Shown piece by piece: positions 60,932-64,000 of a stretch of 64,000 bases of DNA (its first letter is position 1; the number at the start of each line of letters is the position of its first letter). Source of the stretch: Azolla caroliniana (taxonomy: Eukaryota > Plantae > Polypodiophyta); assembly GCA_043228905.1 (NCBI GenBank), contig JBHGNT010000001.1, forward strand, positions 24,800,001-24,864,000, written 5' to 3'. A model generated the notes under the pieces. That model did not search any database and was not told where the DNA came from. It worked only from the letters and a program-made list of their open reading frames with translations. Made by a program: the position numbers and the translations under genes.

Positions 60932-63370
60932 TGTTAAAATAAGCAAGCTCATTACTATATTGAAATTCAAATATATTGAGTTGTTATAACTACGAGATAA
61001 GTTTTATTTAATAAATAAGTATATATTAAGTAGCCTAGTATATTATTTAAATATAATAATATAGTACATAATAATAATAATTAAAATGTGTCAGAAAGAT
61101 TTTATATTAGACATATATCTATGTATTTACTTTAAAAGCGTAATTCTATGGTGGATCACAGAAGTGTGCATAAAGGAAGAAAAAGAGGAGCAAAGCAATG
61201 GTCAAAAATATATGAAAAAGATGAACCACTCAAGTTAGACATGCAACTAGAAAGGCACAACCTCTCCTATAAAAGGCAATGCATAGATGTAAGAGTGTGT
61301 TAAAAATAGAGAAGCACCCTCCTCAAGCTAGAGTTAACTTATGTTAATCCTCTTCTCTCCTAAATCATCTAAGCTATTCATGCTCATGTATAAGCAATAA
61401 TCCTCTTCTAATATAATCTATTTGATGTATATGCTTGTCTAATTACAAGAATTTCTTCTTATGTCTCATGATATTTTAGTTTCTATCACTAATTAAACAT
61501 ATATTATGAATTACAAGTGGTCTACTACTCTTCTAGCTATGTGAGAATAGCATAAATTCTCACAAATTTGGTATCAGAGCCTTGTTAATCTATTTACAAA
61601 AGTCTTATTAATCTAATCATAACCATATTATTCACTCTCACCATGTAGTGAGATATGGCAGATACTAGCTCTCAAATTGAGAAGCTAGAGAAGAACAACT
61701 ATCAACCATGGAGATTTCGTATGAAGAATTATTTAATTGATAAGAATATGTGGAGGTTAGTGACAGGAGAAGCGCCACCACCGAAATTGCCATCACAACC
61801 AAATGAAGATCAATTAAGACAATTTAATCAATGGAATGAAAGGGATCAAAGAGGTATATTCTTTCTTTCACAACATATATCAAATTCAATGATTGGCCAC
61901 ATACAAGAGTTAACTACATCAAAACAAGTGGGGGATACTTTAAAGAGATTGTATTTTACCTCTACCAAGGCTAGAAAAATACAATTAAAGAGTGAGTTGA
62001 ATAATTTGATGAAATCCCCCTCAATTACTATAAATGATTATATTCTACGAGTTATCCGCCAATTAGGATCTATTGGATCAACGTTAGATGATGATGATTT
62101 AATTACATATACTTTGAATGGTTAAAAAGATGATGATAAGTGGAAGGCTTTTACTACATCAATATATGTTAGAGAGCATTTACCAGATTTTGATCGATTG
62201 GTTTCATTAATGATTACGGAGGAGATGAACCTACAAGGTTCATATTCCAAGGGCAATCAACCATGTTGTCGTGTTACCACACGTGTGCGTAGGAAACTAA
62301 AGTAGGACCGTGGGGGCCCTGAACCAAGGAGTGTGCAAAGGTAGAGGAAAAGAGAAAGGAAGAGTGAGGCAGCAAGCGTAGGGTTCTGGCCAACACAGGG
62401 CTTGTCCCTATCAGACAAGGACACGGCGACACACGAAAGGATAGATGGGAAAAAGGGACCCTTCAGCGATTACGAAAGGTTACAATAGATTAAAGAATGT
62501 TACAACTGATCAAGAAGATTACAACCAGCTCGTCGGCAACTACCCCAAACAACTCCCACACACATAGACCAAAATACAACGTGGAGCCTCTACTGGGAGC
62601 ACGAGGGCTTCCTATGCGGGTAGAAGCGACCAGCCTAGAGAAACCCTGCAGAGAGATGGAACTAGCGCCCGGTTCCCAGTCCGACAACGCTCTCTTCTCC
62701 TCCCTAGAACGCAATATCATTTGGTCCTTTCTCTTGCCCTTTTATAGGCCGGTGAGGAAGAGTCGTCACATCCTGCTTACATCATCATTATTCTCTATCC
62801 CTTCGGTCAGAGATATGTTTTGATTTCCTAACCTATTAATACGTTTATATTTAATTTGTTTACATAACCCCAACCTATTCTTAGATCACATTGTACAAAG
62901 TTGTTTAAAATTTGTGCGCAGTCACGCATGCCATGGTTCACGCGCTCGAATCCCCGTTTCCTCCTATGGCCGGTTTTCTTCACGACAACGTGTTGTATGC
63001 AGGATCACGAGGAAGAGGAAGATTTGGAAGAGGACAACAAGGAAGAGGAAGAGGTAGAGGAAGGATCCAACAACTTTATTCCTTTAGCAATAATTTTAAA
63101 TTGCTTTCTTGGATCTTCAACATAATATCCTTTTGATGTGAATCGAACTTGATATCCCTTCTCTACTATTTGTCCTACGGATATCAAATTCTTTGTAACT
63201 GTTGGCACATGAAGAATTCCAGGCAAACAATCTGTTCCATTAGTTGTTTGAAACCTTACATCACCAATATGCTTTATTGAGTGTGATGCATCATCACCTG
63301 TCTGAACATGTCCTGATGTACTTGATACAAGCAAATTACTAAACCAATCTTTATTATATGACATGTGATT
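60932..63370 (+). mobile_element. AT-rich copia 5' part (LTR 60932-61564, PBS 61569-61580, gag from 61655); protease segment inverted at ~63065-63370
   Basis: TGGTATCAGAGC; IEKLEKNNYQPWRFRMKNYL gag; minus-strand VQTGDD..LHVPTVTKNLISVGQI. Confidence 0.8.
62267..62987 (-). mobile_element. Solo LTR of the tRNA-Trp gypsy group (721 bp)
   Basis: TGTCGTG...TTCTTCACGACA; 4-bp TSD ATGT/ACGT (62263-62266, 62988-62991). Confidence 0.85.
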
Positions 63371-63399
63371 ACTGCAAATCTTCCTCTTCCTCTTCCAAC

Positions 63400-64000
63400 A
63401 ACTTCCAACAACTTTTCAAGCTCTTCTTCAAGTTTGTTAAGATTATGATCGACAAGTGAAGATGATGAGTTCCATGGGGTTTCCCCAAATGATGGCTTTG
63501 GGTGCAAATTCGATGCCTCGTGCCAATCTTCAAACCTCATCTTCAATTGTGCATAGTGGACAAGTGTTTCCAAATGTGTATACCAACACAACAATAAACC
63601 CAACAAGTATATTTCAAGAAGTGGAACAAGGAAAGAGTGAACAAGGTACTATGGCCTTGGTAAATCAGCACTTTGATGAAGTGATGGCCCATTTGCAACC
63701 ATCCCAAGAAATTCACAACACTATTCCCGATGGTGGTGGCCCTAGAAGACATCATGGTGTAATTTGTTATTTGTGTCAAGAGGAGGGACACATCTCAACA
63801 AGATGTCCTCACCGACAACAAAGAAGCATGGGAAGAGGCATGTATCAAGTGCAACGGAATGGACAACGAGCTATCAAGAATGGAGTCGAAGGAGGCGAAT
63901 CCATAGCACTTCCTATGGCTCAGATTCCTACAATTCCTCATAATGTGAATCTTCTTAATTTTATTGATGATAGTGATAGTGCTTGTGAAGTAGCTCCTGT
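63400..64000 (+). mobile_element. Retroelement gag C-terminal fragment with zinc knuckle
   Basis: VICYLCQEEGHISTRCPH at ~63757-63812. Confidence 0.6.

Overview
Eukaryotic land-plant DNA, probably a fern or other seed-free vascular plant. This is inferred from the TE families, the (CT)n/(CA)n richness and a TBL13-like gene. About 85% of the window is nested retroelements. Host genes: the first two exons of a TRICHOME BIREFRINGENCE-LIKE (TBL12/13-type) O-acetyltransferase on the minus strand (35-2433) and a two-exon, C-terminally truncated Elongin-C-like gene (39838-40250). TEs: one intact young Ty1/copia (21665-27197, 1344-aa gag-pol); several decayed copies of a second copia family; chromovirus-type gypsy fragments; an L1-clade LINE; four copies of an RTEX-like LINE; and a hAT MITE. 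Most notable: (1) a group of tRNA-Trp-primed gypsy-like LTR elements that make 4-bp TSDs, with a CpG (or its TpG decay product) at the centre of every scorable junction; (2) a 679-bp TG..CA element with ~190-bp terminal inverted repeats and a 5-bp TSD (Ginger-like or integrase-mobilised); (3) RTEX-like and L1 LINEs that sit in (TC)n microsatellites; (4) a tRNA-like Pol III cassette inside an LTR; (5) a copia family with a conserved extension between two PPT-like tracts. All calls were made by eye; no database searches were run.
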